From Wolbachia endosymbiont of Onchocerca ochengi (GTDB lineage Bacteria > Pseudomonadota > Alphaproteobacteria > Rickettsiales > Anaplasmataceae): a DNA stretch of 32,000 nt. The position numbers and the translations under genes are program-made. Shown piece by piece: positions 10,091 through 20,665 of this stretch (the stretch's first letter is position 1; each line of letters begins with the position of its first letter). The notes beneath the pieces are model-generated. The model was given only the letters and a program-made list of their open reading frames with translations, had not been told where the DNA came from and did not search any database. The stretch lies in the NCBI RefSeq assembly GCF_000306885.1, contig NC_018267.1:330001-362000 (forward strand). The letters are read 5' to 3'.

Positions 10091-10900
10091 ATGATTAGAA
10101 AATCTGTTATTCTTGATGTATTGCTAATCTTATGTACTGGCTTTTTTTCTGCTCAGGCTAATAAAAGTTGTTCAAATAATGAACAATTCATAGAAAATTT
10201 AATTCTTATAGAAAAATCTATATGCCATGAATCGAGAAAATATAATGAAAAAGAGCCTACATTAGTTAAAGACAGAAAACTTAATTTTTATGTCAGCGCT
10301 AATAGCGGTAAGATATATTTTGATAATTCAAAGCCATTTGTGAACGGCATAAAAGCAATTGGAGAGAGAGTCTCCACATTAGTTGAAAGCCGTTATGATG
10401 CTATAATAAAAAATATAGTTGCAGATGAAATTGAAAGTGTAAAAAAATTTAATGGTGAAATCGATTTTCAGTGGTTACACAGCCTATCTTTAGGTTACTA
10501 TGCTGGAAGAAACGGCCGAGTTGATTTTGAAGCTACATACTCTAAGTTTGATATTAAAAACGGTAATTCTCCTCCAATATTTTATAGATCGGCTGGTATA
10601 TTTGCATTTTTGTTAAATGTTTATTATAACCCTAGTATCCAAGATACACAAATCGCTCCATACATTGGTCTTGGTATAGGACCAGCAGTTTTTAAGCTAA
10701 GAAAGATCAATGGATTGTCACAAAATTCAATGCCACTAAATGTTCCTTGGTTTGCTTATCAAGTGAAACTTGGTGTTGATTATTCAATAATCCCAGAAAT
10801 TAAGCCCTCCCTTGGTTATCGTTACTTCAGCATCCCAATACCTATTGCAGATGATATATCAACCCATAGTATTGAGGTCGGCCTGATGTTCAATTTTTAA
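10091..10900 (+). CDS. P44/Msp2/OMP-1 family outer membrane surface antigen
   Basis: 269 aa with signal peptide; LNFYVSANSGKIYF..., RVDFEATYSKFD, APYIGLGIGPAVFK, PSLGYRYFSIPIP, terminal IEVGLMFNF ending in a C-terminal aromatic. Confidence 0.82.
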   Translation: MIRKSVILDVLLILCTGFFSAQANKSCSNNEQFIENLILIEKSICHESRKYNEKEPTLVKDRKLNFYVSANSGKIYFDNSKPFVNGIKAIGERVSTLVESRYDAIIKNIVADEIESVKKFNGEIDFQWLHSLSLGYYAGRNGRVDFEATYSKFDIKNGNSPPIFYRSAGIFAFLLNVYYNPSIQDTQIAPYIGLGIGPAVFKLRKINGLSQNSMPLNVPWFAYQVKLGVDYSIIPEIKPSLGYRYFSIPIPIADDISTHSIEVGLMFNF

Positions 10901-10907
10901 TTATAAT

Positions 10908-12340
10908 TTAATATATACACATATTGCCTTTTTTACCTAATAAACCAAACAGTGACACAATTGTTTCTTTTAGAAAGATGACAGCTTCTGCCACCTTCAC
11001 GTTATCCGCTATTCTTTTCGATTTTTGATAAATATATCCTTAAAAGCATTAAAGCTCTGTTTATCTTCTCTATATCCTATAAGTCGACTTAATTACTATA
11101 ACCTTACCGTTTTTAACCTTTAATATAGAGTTCATTCTCCCGATTTCAATAATTAACATCACTTTTAATTTTATTTACTCTACTGTGTTATATACTTCAT
11201 ATTTGAATTTTTGATGTAACTATTAACTCTTAATAAAGTTGGATATATATCCATAAATATTTCGCTAGCATCAACATTGATACTTGAGCTATTAACACAA
11301 CATCTATTGGAACACTGTTTATTTCGGTAACTAAGGCATAGTTAAATTTTTAGTATCTTTTTGTATATCAGAAATAAAATAAACATGATTTTCAGTGAAA
11401 GAAATCATTGCTTATTGATTATTTGTAATATATATTCTAGAATTTGAGAAGCATACTTGGAGATCAAGTTTGTCTAAACTTTTTACTAAATTTTCTAGAT
11501 CACTTACACCAAACTTATTGCTAAATTAACAATAAAGTCTATCCTAATCCATTATAGATCTGGTTCCATTAAGCAAATCACTGAAGTTGATATCAAAAAG
11601 ATATTTATTGTTTAGCATAAATTCAACTATTTTTACTTCTATCATTACCTGAAAATACTAACTCCTTAACCTTATTAAGGTACTCTTCAACAATTTTGCG
11701 TCTACTTTTCTAACATTCAAAATAATACTACTGCTTCTTCTCTATTGAACAAAGTAATTTTCCATCATCTACGCCATTGACATTTATTATTGTATTCAAA
11801 TTATTTTCCAATGAATTCTACAAATCACTGCTATATTGAGAGATTTCAATAACACTATTGTAATCCTCATCAACATTGCTCTCCCATCACTACTAGTAAT
11901 GCTGCTATCAACAACAAAGCTACCTCGAGCAAAGTGTTGACTATTAACAAAGTTAGCATAATAATTCTGTGCATATAGTGAGTCTGCTCAATTTTAACTG
12001 AACTATTATTCTTTGACAGCTCAGTTTATTGCTGTCAACTACATTTACTTCATTTATATTTTTATCTTCTAGTTTTAAAACAATATTACCTGACATTTTC
12101 AGACCTACATTCAAGTTAATGTCAGAAAATTTCCTATCTCAATCAGCAAACCCTTGCAGGGCTTTTTTACTAACGTTGATCCAAATAAGCTAACTACTAG
12201 CGTAAGATCAGGGAATTTTATTGGTAAGGCACAATTTCTAGTACTGCTAGTTTAACATTCTCCAAAATAGGCATTTTGTCTTTGCGCAAACTCATTAAGT
12301 GGCCATGCTTACTTGCATTATAATAATCTTTCTTTGTAGT
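10908..12340 (-). pseudogene. Decayed secretin (MshL / type II-IV pilus secretin-like)
   Basis: Minus-strand reading gives collinear secretin segments: INLNVGLKMSGNIVLKLEDKNINEV; YAQNYYANFVNSQHFARGSFVVD; VIEISQYSSDL*NSLENNLNTIINV; KIVEEYLNKVKE/QVMIEVKIVEFMLNNKYLFDINFSDLLNGT; SDLENLVKSLDKLDLQVCFSNSRIYITNNQ; ENHVYFISDIQKDT; VTEINSVPIDVVLIA; INVDASEIFMDIYPTLLRV; IGRMNSILKVKNGKVIVI; VAEAVIFLKETIVSLFG. Several in-frame stops and frameshifts. Confidence 0.85.
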
Positions 12341-12655
12341 TTATCTTGGTAAGGTCTTTTCTTAATTACGTCCTTGAGCATGTACAAGAAACAATAAAAA
12401 GAAGCACTAAATGCCAAGAAATAACCACTAGAAAAAAGCGTACAAAAACCACTCTAATGGATTTCTATAAAAATATTAAAAATGATTTAACTTTGTTCCC
12501 ACTTGGCAGAATCACAAGAAAAGCTTTGCTAAGCCTTTGATCCAATATTAACTCAACTATTGATTCTGTTTTCACTACTTGAAAAACCTTTCTTGAGAAG
12601 CTACATAAACCTTTTTTGCTTTAAGCTTTACAGCTGATATCAGCAGCATATCAAA

Positions 12656-13552
12656 CTACATCTTCAATATCTTATCATCCGCACATTCATCGTACTCGAT
12701 CTCAACTGTAGAATGTGCAATTTCGAACTCACTTAATAGTATTTTTTTTATCCCATACAAAATATCAGTATGATGTGCATCTTGCCTTACCTTAGCATGC
12801 ATGGTAATTATAAAATAATTATCAGACAGTGACCATGTATGTATGTGATGCACATCAACAACTTCAGGTAGCTTAGACACAATCCCGCTCTTTATCCCTT
12901 CAGCAGATACTCCTTCAGGGGTACCTTCAAGAAGGATATGACAAGAATTTTTAAGAATCTTATAGCCACTATTTAAGGTTACTACGCTAACAAATATCGA
13001 TAAAACAGGATCTACTATTTGCCATTTAGTTAACATAATAATTATAGATGCAAATATAGCACCTACAGAGCTTAAAATATCCCCTATAACGTGCAATACG
13101 GCACTTTTTATATTTATATTGCTTTCACATTTACTATGCAATATAAAAAAGACTATAACATTAGCAATCAACCCAAGTATAGCAATAATTAACATTATTC
13201 TCCATTCAATGTTGACTGGGAAAATAAATCTCTTTATTGATTCAATAATAATAATTACTGAAATAAAGAATAAAGTTAAACCATTGATGAATGCTGCAAT
13301 TATCTGCAACCTGTGATATCCGTATGATCTTTGCAGATCAGATTTCTTAGCTGAAAATTTGTGTGCTATCCAACTTAAAATTAAGGCAAAGAAATCAATA
13401 AACATATGCCCTGCATCTGATAATAGAGCAAGCGAATGTGAAATTATTCCACCTACTACCTCCATAAACATGGTTATTGCTACTATTATTATGGAATGAA
13501 TTAAACGCCTGGACTCTGCTGCTGAATGTTTACCGTTGTGCACCGCTGTCAT
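12656..13552 (-). CDS. Cation diffusion facilitator (CDF) family transporter
   Basis: TFMEVVGGIISHSLALLSDAGHMFIDF, YGYHRLQIIAAFINGLTL, HVLGDILSSVGAI, HIHTWSL motifs. The track start at 13618 lies inside the tRNA; starts at 13552 or 13567 fit better. Confidence 0.9.
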   Translation of the reverse strand: MTAVHNGKHSAAESRRLIHSIIIVAITMFMEVVGGIISHSLALLSDAGHMFIDFFALILSWIAHKFSAKKSDLQRSYGYHRLQIIAAFINGLTLFFISVIIIIESIKRFIFPVNIEWRIMLIIAILGLIANVIVFFILHSKCESNINIKSAVLHVIGDILSSVGAIFASIIIMLTKWQIVDPVLSIFVSVVTLNSGYKILKNSCHILLEGTPEGVSAEGIKSGIVSKLPEVVDVHHIHTWSLSDNYFIITMHAKVRQDAHHTDILYGIKKILLSEFEIAHSTVEIEYDECADDKILKM

Positions 13553-13576
13553 ATAAAACCTTCTCATGGATAAAAG

Positions 13577-13649
13577 TAGGTAACACTGGACTCGAACCAG
13601 TGACCTTTTGCACGTCAAGCAAATGCTCTACCAACTGAGCTAGTTACCC
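13577..13649 (-). tRNA. tRNA-Val (anticodon GAC)
   Basis: 73 nt cloverleaf on the minus strand: GGGTAACTAGCTCAGTTGGTAGAGCATTTGCTTGACGTGCAAAAGGTCACTGGTTCGAGTCCAGTGTTACCTA. Anticodon stem TTTGC/GCAAA, loop TTGACGT. Confidence 0.95.
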
Positions 13650-14099
13650 ATTGTTGCTTCAGTATAGTGCTTCAGCAAAATAAAAGTCAATTTGCTTTTA
13701 AATTATTGTGCTTGTCGCTCTACCTAACATGATTCAGAAATCTAGCTGTATAAAACCTTAACTATACTCTATAATTTTATAGAATTAATTAATTATTTAT
13801 ATCTTTTTTCCAAAATAAAAATTTATTCTTTTTCTAGGAAGATTACGCTAAGATCGAAATATATATTCGAAAATTAAATATGAAACGGATAATAAAATGT
13901 TTAATTACATATCAAAGTAAAACAGTTGGACTAGAGTCATAAAAAACAAATTATAGATAATAAACAAAGTTAAAGCAAACAACTATCAACTTCTGAAAAT
14001 GTAAAGATCATAAATGACCATGCTTTTTACAAACCAATCTGCGTAAATAAGCTTACAGTGATTTTTTAACAAAGCAGTTTAAATTATTATATAAATACA

Positions 14100-16340
14100 T
14101 CTCTAAAAAGACAATAAAGAAACTTTCACTACTAAGAAAATAAATAACTTTTACAAAGAGAAAGGCATTCCTTTATCTACAATAAATGAGTTACTTCCTT
14201 TTGACCAAAGGACAATACAAAATGTTATGTAAATTATAAATAAACTTAGTAAGGAACCATAATTATAAATACACGTCTGATAAAATTAATATTACAGCTT
14301 CATATATGAAGGCAGTCTCAGTCAACTACCAAAGTTATCAAGACTACATAGTAGACTCTGACACATATCATAGATTCATATATAAGAAACTTATTATATT
14401 GCATGCTTTTCAAAGGCTTAAGAGAGGTCAAACTGAAGAACAGACAAGAAAAAGTCTGAGTAATATTAATAGAAAAGAAATTAAGAAATTATTAAAGAAG
14501 CTTCTCAAGAAGAATGAAAAAGTGATTTAGTGATCCAACAAATAAAAGAATATCCAGATGTAGAATATAATGTATTATACGAAAAGATCTTCGAAAAATT
14601 TGTCTATACCAGCATGAATATTGACCAAATTAAGAGAACGTACAACTAATATGATATAATATTTCAACAGAAAATGAATTCGGAAAAATGAGAAAAGCTC
14701 AGAAAAAAACGAAATTCAGCAAGTATCATGAACAAAAAATATGGTTAACATTTCAGGGTAGAATAAATCTAAAAGTTACTGAGAGCAATATTGACACTGA
14801 GTTTAATCTGAACATTGATTTACTCTAGAACAAAAGTTTTGAAGGTCCTACTGATCAAAATAATGATGGCATTATCAATAACGAAAATCTTCTCAAGGAA
14901 TTAGAGGATACTATAAAAACTTTCAATGAAATCTTTAGAATAAAGAAGAAAGATAACAATCCATTTTTAGTACATAAGAACGTTGCTAACTTTATACTAT
15001 TCCTGTTTGAGATAAGGAAAGCTACTAAAAGTACTCAAGTGCTAGTATGATGTTCATATATCAGGTGGTGGTATCACACAATCTTCTAATAACGAATTAT
15101 ATTAGCAGCATATATTCCTACGCTGAAAACGGCAGAAATAATAGCGATTTTATTCTATGACGGAGAAGTTAACCATTATATTATAATTATGTTATTAAGT
15201 ATGAATTTATCCATCCGTTAACATTCTATTTGACTTCTAACTTAGGTCTCGGTAAAATATTAATGGAAGCTGTTTAGCAGAGTATGCTACACAACTAATA
15301 GAAGGAAAAGGACTTACTGATTTTGCAAAATTAGCTAGTGATAAATAAATACAAAAGTCTTGCTCCAGAGGAGATAATTAAAAAACTATTAATCATTACA
15401 GTAAGTGCAGCAGTTGTTGCATATATCGAAGAAACGTATTTAAATTTCATTGATAATTTGCTTTGTGCGGCAGCGGAAGATAAGAAACTCTGAATGGTCA
15501 TTTTTGTTTCGAGAAAATGATGCAAAAGGTTTATCAAATTAAAGTAGAGAAAAACTAAAAAGGAAAAGGTGGTTCTAACTTGGCCAAAACCAACTTAAAC
15601 GCCGAAGATTAGTCTATCAGACTAAACTATGCTTAATTTGAGCAATAGAAATAGCTAATGAAGAGGACAAAGTGCAGTTTTATATTTTAAAAAGGCAAGT
15701 TGAGGATAGAGTTAAAGTTTATTTACTGATTCAGTTCATGGTTCAAAATCACTTAAAAACCAGCAATATTAAAATAAGATGAAGAGCAAAAACAAATAGT
15801 GTTAAAAGACACAATCTTGAAAAGAGAAAAAAAATACTGATTAAGTCTTAGAAGGAAAGTATAAGGTAAGTATTATAATAGATTTTATAATGATACAAAA
15901 GCCTTGTATGATGAGCTAAAGAAGCGGAGAAGCAATTTGTGTTAAAGTTTTGGTACTTTGTCAGAGGACAAATATTGTTCTGAAAACAGTAAATTTGTAA
16001 TTTATAATGATGAATATAAAAAGTTTATAGTGTCACTTGAAGATAAAGCACTTATTAAGATAATAAAGAGTAACAACAACTATAGCTTATGCTATACATT
16101 AATGATAATAGCAAAGTAATAAGTAGTATTAGTAAAATAGATAATCTAAATTATGAATTGTTATTAGATTTAAGTCATTTTAATTTAGAAGAGAATAATA
16201 TTGCGTTATCGAACTAATATTAGGGGAATATAACTTCTGTCTAAAGAATGACTTAGCAAAAACATTTGATTGTATAAGTAGCTTGATTTATCACGAGTAT
16301 AGTTTAATCTAATAAATGTATAAATGTTGCTGCTTGAATG
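14100..16340 (+). pseudogene. Decayed coding region(s), unidentified, possibly one or more lineage-specific proteins
   Basis: Successive plus-strand coding-like fragments interrupted by stops and frame changes: DNKETFTTKKINNFYKEKGIPLSTINELLPFDQRTIQNVM*; MKAVSVNYQSYQDY...KKLLKKNEKVI*; VIQQIKEYPDVEYNVLYEKIFEKF...; MRKAQKKTKFSKYHEQKIWLTFQG...NIDLL*NKSFEGPTDQN...; LGLGKILMEAV/AEYATQLIEGKGLTDFAKLASDK*; PEEIIKKLLIITVSAAVVAYIEETYLNFIDN...; NDEYKKFIVSLEDKALIKIIKS. Confidence 0.5.
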
Positions 16341-16414
16341 CAGCAACATTTATACATAGAAGCCATCATATCAAACCAAGCATAAGTTCCATAGAAACAC
16401 ATATTTCTTTGCTA

Positions 16415-17311
16415 TTAGCAAGAACTATAATAATGTAGCACTGCCTTACGTATCGCTAATCCGAACTCTACCTGCTGTAAAATAACATAATCTACTACAT
16501 CACTACCAATTTCAACCCCTCTATTTATCGGCCCTGGGTGCATGATAATTGCATCTGGTTTTGCATACAACAATTTCTGTGAATCAAGGCCATATAAATA
16601 AAAATACTCTCTCTCTGAAGAAATAAAACAACCATTATCCATGCGTTCCTTCTGCAACCTTAAAAGCATAATTACATCAGCATCTTTTATACCTTCAATC
16701 AATGAATAATAGATTGAATCTACCTCAGGAAAATATCTACAAATCAAAGTTGGCGGTGCAATCAAGCATATCTTCGCCCCAAACATTTTTAACAGTCTTA
16801 TATTCGATCTTGCAACTCTGCTATGTAAAATATCTCCACATATTACAATTTTAAGATCTCTTATCTGATTTTTATAACTGCTGATAACAAAACAATCAGC
16901 AAGAGCCTGAGTTGGGTGTTCACTACTCCCATTACCCGCATTGATTAGTGAACAGTTAATGTACTGAGCTAGCACATTAACAATACCACTATTTTTCTGT
17001 CTAATTATTATGTAATCAGGATTCATTGCATTTAATGTTTTTACCATATCCTTTAAATCTTCTCCCTTATTAATAGAAGAAGACTTTATTGGCAAGGTTA
17101 CAACATTTGCTCCAAGGCTTTTTGCTGCTATTTCAAAGGATGCAAGTGTACGTGTTGAGTCCTCAAAGAATAAATTTATTACTATTTTATTTTCTAAAAT
17201 ATGGCAACCTGCAGCTTTATTTTTCAGGTATTGATCGGCTAACTTAACTATATTTTCTACATCATTGATTGTAAGATCCCGTACACTCAGCAAATTCTTC
17301 TTATTAACCAT
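16415..17311 (-). CDS. pyrB: Aspartate carbamoyltransferase catalytic subunit
   Basis: FFEDSTRTLASFEIAAKSLGANV, IIRQKNSG, GNGSSEHPTQALAD, VICGDILHSRVARSN, IMHPGPINRGVEI. Confidence 0.94.
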   Translation of the reverse strand: MVNKKNLLSVRDLTINDVENIVKLADQYLKNKAAGCHILENKIVINLFFEDSTRTLASFEIAAKSLGANVVTLPIKSSSINKGEDLKDMVKTLNAMNPDYIIIRQKNSGIVNVLAQYINCSLINAGNGSSEHPTQALADCFVISSYKNQIRDLKIVICGDILHSRVARSNIRLLKMFGAKICLIAPPTLICRYFPEVDSIYYSLIEGIKDADVIMLLRLQKERMDNGCFISSEREYFYLYGLDSQKLLYAKPDAIIMHPGPINRGVEIGSDVVDYVILQQVEFGLAIRKAVLHYYSSC

Positions 17312-17479
17312 AGTTTCTTCTTAAGACACAATTTTAATCAAACCTATTTTACTTTCTCATTACCTATTTTCAACAAGCCTCTTCACAAAAACTACAGCTT
17401 AATTCACAGTCATTGTACTAAAATCAAAACTAGTATTAACTGATAATCAGTACTCTAATTTTATTAAAGTTAATATACT

Positions 17480-18115
17480 AATAACAAAAATAAAATTAAG
17501 AATTGCTACTGAAGCTGAAGAAAAAGGTGGTAAAGCCGAGATTAAAGGGAAAAACTCTAGATTACTACCATAAAGAACAGCGTTCGTAGTTGCTGCTTTG
17601 TGGCCCCAGGTATTACTATTATTGGTACAGTTATTGAAGTTTTAGGATATAATAATTATAAAAAGAATAATAGAATCGAAAACTATTACCTCTAATAATA
17701 GACCTAACATATTTAATAACAAGAAAACAAAAAATGAGACCAGATGTTTAGAAAAGCTCTCACCTTAAGCTAGCTTTCTTGCAAAGAAAATTGGCGTTAT
17801 TACAATTGGCTTCTAACTTAGGTGGCCAATTGGTGATATAACTCTGATTTGCTCATTATACTTGTTAGCGGCATAAAACACTAGATATAGGAAAATAGAT
17901 AATAGATAAGATAAAAACCTTTAAGAAAGAAATAAAAATAGAAAAGCCAACTAGCGAAAGAGGAATTCCAAACTAAAGAAGCTGTAGAAGAAAACACCGG
18001 TCAAATACTGAACCCAGAGAAAAACAAAAATTTTCCCTGTAACCGAAAGACTTGTACAAGAAAACCCAATGAACAAGAAACAAAATATTCGAAGAGAAAT
18101 CAATAACGCAGATTT
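17480..18115 (+). pseudogene. Decayed unidentified coding region with hydrophobic segments
   Basis: Plus-strand fragments in alternating frames: IATEAEEKGGKAEIKGKNSRLLP*; CCFVAPGITIIGTVIEVLGYNNYKKNNRIENYYL*; SFLAKKIGVITIGF*; VTERLVQENPMNKKQNIRREINNADFHF. Confidence 0.35.
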
Positions 18116-18145
18116 TCACTTCAGAGGGTTACTAAACGCTAGGTA

Positions 18146-19177
18146 TTACTTCCATTTACACTCGTCAGCTATCATGACAGCTTCAAGCAGATGTTCCTCA
18201 AGTTTACTGAGAGGTAGGTTACTTTGTAAATAAGCTCCCCAAGATTGCAATATATCAGAAGTTTCAACGTCTTCAACAATAGGATACTCTTGATTTTTTT
18301 TAGCGTATAGTTCTTGAGCTTGCTTGCTTATCAAAAATTCCAGTAAAGCTATAGCATTTTCCCTGTTTTTTGCATTTTTTGTTACTGCTGCACCACTAAT
18401 ATTTACCATCACACCATTATTATCCTGATTAGGGAAAAAAACCCCTAATTTATCTGCGATATTCTTTTCATGCGCATCTTCAGATGAAAAGATCCTTGCA
18501 AAGTAATAGCTATTTACTATTGCAACATCTCCTTCACCAGCAGCTACAGCATAAATCTGATCAGTATCACCACCACTTGGTTTTCTTGCCATATTACTCA
18601 CAATTCCATTAACCCATTTTTTTGTTCTCTCAAAACCATCGTTTGCAATCATAAAAGCAATCAATGACCTATTATATGGACTTGTGGAAGAGCGTACTAA
18701 TATTTTCCCTCTCCATTTTTCATTTGCTAAATCTTCATAAGTACTTAATTCTTTAGGATCTACTAATGCTTTGTTATAAACTAATATTCTAGTTCTTTTT
18801 GTGAGACCAAACCAATAATTTTCACTATCTCTAAATTTTGCAGGTATAGCACTTTTTAAAACCTCTGAATCTACTTGAGATAAAAGCCCTCCTTTTTTTG
18901 TTAAAATCAAATTTACCGCATCTGCAGTTAAAAGTAAATCAGCTTCACCACCATTCTCCATGCGCGAAAGCAGCTGAGAATAATCAGCTATAACATAACG
19001 TACCTTAATACCTGTGTTCTTTGTGAACTCATCGAATAAAGTACGCACCAATTCCTCTTTACGTGATGAATAAACGTTTACTACTTGTGAGTCGTCATTT
19101 CCACCATTTTTATATAAAAAAGTAACAACTATTAACACAACCGCCACTAAGGATGCCAATACTAAAGCTTTTTTCAC
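18146..19177 (-). CDS. fbpA: Fe(3+) ABC transporter periplasmic substrate-binding protein
   Basis: 343 aa; VVNVYSSRKEELVRTLFDEFTKNTGIKV, ADLLLTADAVNL, YEDLANEKWRGKILVRSS, SGAAVTKNAKNRENAIALLEFLIS. Confidence 0.9.
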   Translation of the reverse strand: MKKALVLASLVAVVLIVVTFLYKNGGNDDSQVVNVYSSRKEELVRTLFDEFTKNTGIKVRYVIADYSQLLSRMENGGEADLLLTADAVNLILTKKGGLLSQVDSEVLKSAIPAKFRDSENYWFGLTKRTRILVYNKALVDPKELSTYEDLANEKWRGKILVRSSTSPYNRSLIAFMIANDGFERTKKWVNGIVSNMARKPSGGDTDQIYAVAAGEGDVAIVNSYYFARIFSSEDAHEKNIADKLGVFFPNQDNNGVMVNISGAAVTKNAKNRENAIALLEFLISKQAQELYAKKNQEYPIVEDVETSDILQSWGAYLQSNLPLSKLEEHLLEAVMIADECKWK

Positions 19178-19405
19178 ATTGAATGCACAATCATTTCCTA
19201 CAACTAAAGGTACCTAAAGAGCAAAACCTTAGCAAGGGTAAAAATTTATTCAGCAACAACAATATTGATATTACTTAATTTTAGGGCATCAATATTATAT
19301 AGAGAATTCATCTTATCCACCAATACTATAAATAATATCCGGTAATTGTGAGATTGAACTACAAATTACTTAAGTATTAAGCTGCTGCTACATTTAGCGT
19401 CTCTA

Positions 19406-19651
19406 CTATAAATCTCTCCAAGAACTTTTGTTCTTTTCTTGCTTGACTTTCTTAATGAATTTCTCACTATCCTTTTCAGGATCAATCTTTTCCTGAGAAC
19501 ATATAAAGTTAGTACAATTTGCTTTATTATAGTAATGTACGCCAAGGCATATGATTAATAATGCAAGTACACCCAAGCCTATAAAGTAATGATAACTACA
19601 CACTATGATTCGAATAATCCTGACAAAATTTTTATATATTATTAACACCAT
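19406..19651 (-). CDS. Small single-TM hypothetical protein
   Basis: 81 aa ORF with one TM (FIGLGVLALLIICLGVHYY) and a charged Lys-rich tail; plausible composition but no recognised family. Confidence 0.4.
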   Translation of the reverse strand: MVLIIYKNFVRIIRIIVCSYHYFIGLGVLALLIICLGVHYYNKANCTNFICSQEKIDPEKDSEKFIKKVKQEKNKSSWRDL

Positions 19652-19699
19652 TTATTACAAGCAGCTCCTAAAAAAGCACTATATTTACAGCAACTACGT

Positions 19700-20650
19700 T
19701 AGTTACAATACAATAAATAGTAGTTCATCATTGACTACTAATTCTGCTTTGTTAGTTCTGTAATTACTTTTTCATCAATGTTTTAATGAAACCGTTTTTA
19801 GCTTCTTAAGTGTTAAGTGCAAAATTTGAATGAGTACTATTGCTATATTCCAGTCTCACAGATTTCATAGCTTTACTTTCCAGCTGATATTTTAATTACT
19901 CTAGCAAAATCTCATCCGCACTTTTTCTTATAGCTGACATTCGTATTTCTAAATTGTTTTATTACACAAAATATTGGGCTAATTGTAAGCAATAAAGCAA
20001 ACACAGTAACTGATATAGTAATATATTTTTGGCTATTCATAAAAAACACAATAAATTTTGTTTTATCCTTCATATACACTAAAGCTGTAGGTATACCAAA
20101 TATAGCAACTCTTATCTAGAAATTATAAATCCCTTCTGCTGAATAGAATATTTCACTCTTGAACAGATTTTGTTTATTTTCTTGCCTGAGTTGATTAAAA
20201 GAGTTGTTTAGTTTACTTTACTACTCCAATATCAAAGTTGTCTTTCGATGCAAAAAGAGTTGGAAGTTTTGGATTACCGAACTTGTTATTAAGCAATTTT
20301 CTAATGCTTTATTGCCATCTCAAGGTGAGCTATATATTCTTCTTCAGAAGCCGATCTTTCCAAGTTATAACATACTCACTTCAGATATCTTGATATTTTT
20401 TGCCCTTCATTCTCAGAGCTTGATTCATTAAACGGATTTGCAAATTGTAGAATTTCACTTTCATCACCTTTTTGGAAAACTCTCATTAGATGCTGATTTA
20501 GTTCCTTGTGTTATCTTGCATCTTTGCCTGCTTGCTTGTAAGAAGTTGATATCATTATTGGTCCTTTTTGCATACTACTTTCCGAAATTAATTACACCGC
20601 TGTATCAACTATATTATATCTATTAAAATAGAATAGATACTAATTTAAAC
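19700..20650 (-). pseudogene. Decayed unidentified coding region with membrane segment
   Basis: Minus-strand fragments: ISTSYKQAGKDAR*HKELNQHLMRVFQKGDESEILQFANPFNESSSENEGQKISRYLK*; ERSASEEEYIAHLEMAIKH*; MNSQKYITISVTVFALLLTISPIFCVIKQFRNTNVSYKKK(frameshift)SADEILLE*LKISAGK. Confidence 0.35.
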
Positions 20651-20665
20651 GTAAATATAAAAAAT

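Noticed and set aside
12346-12540. 64 aa plus-strand ORF MVRSFLNYVLEHVQETIK...
   Set aside because: Low complexity, K/R rich, no recognisable domain, adjacent to the secretin remnant; likely chance.
13119-13316. 65 aa plus-strand ORF MLSHLLCNIKKTITLA...
   Set aside because: Antisense to the CDF transporter.
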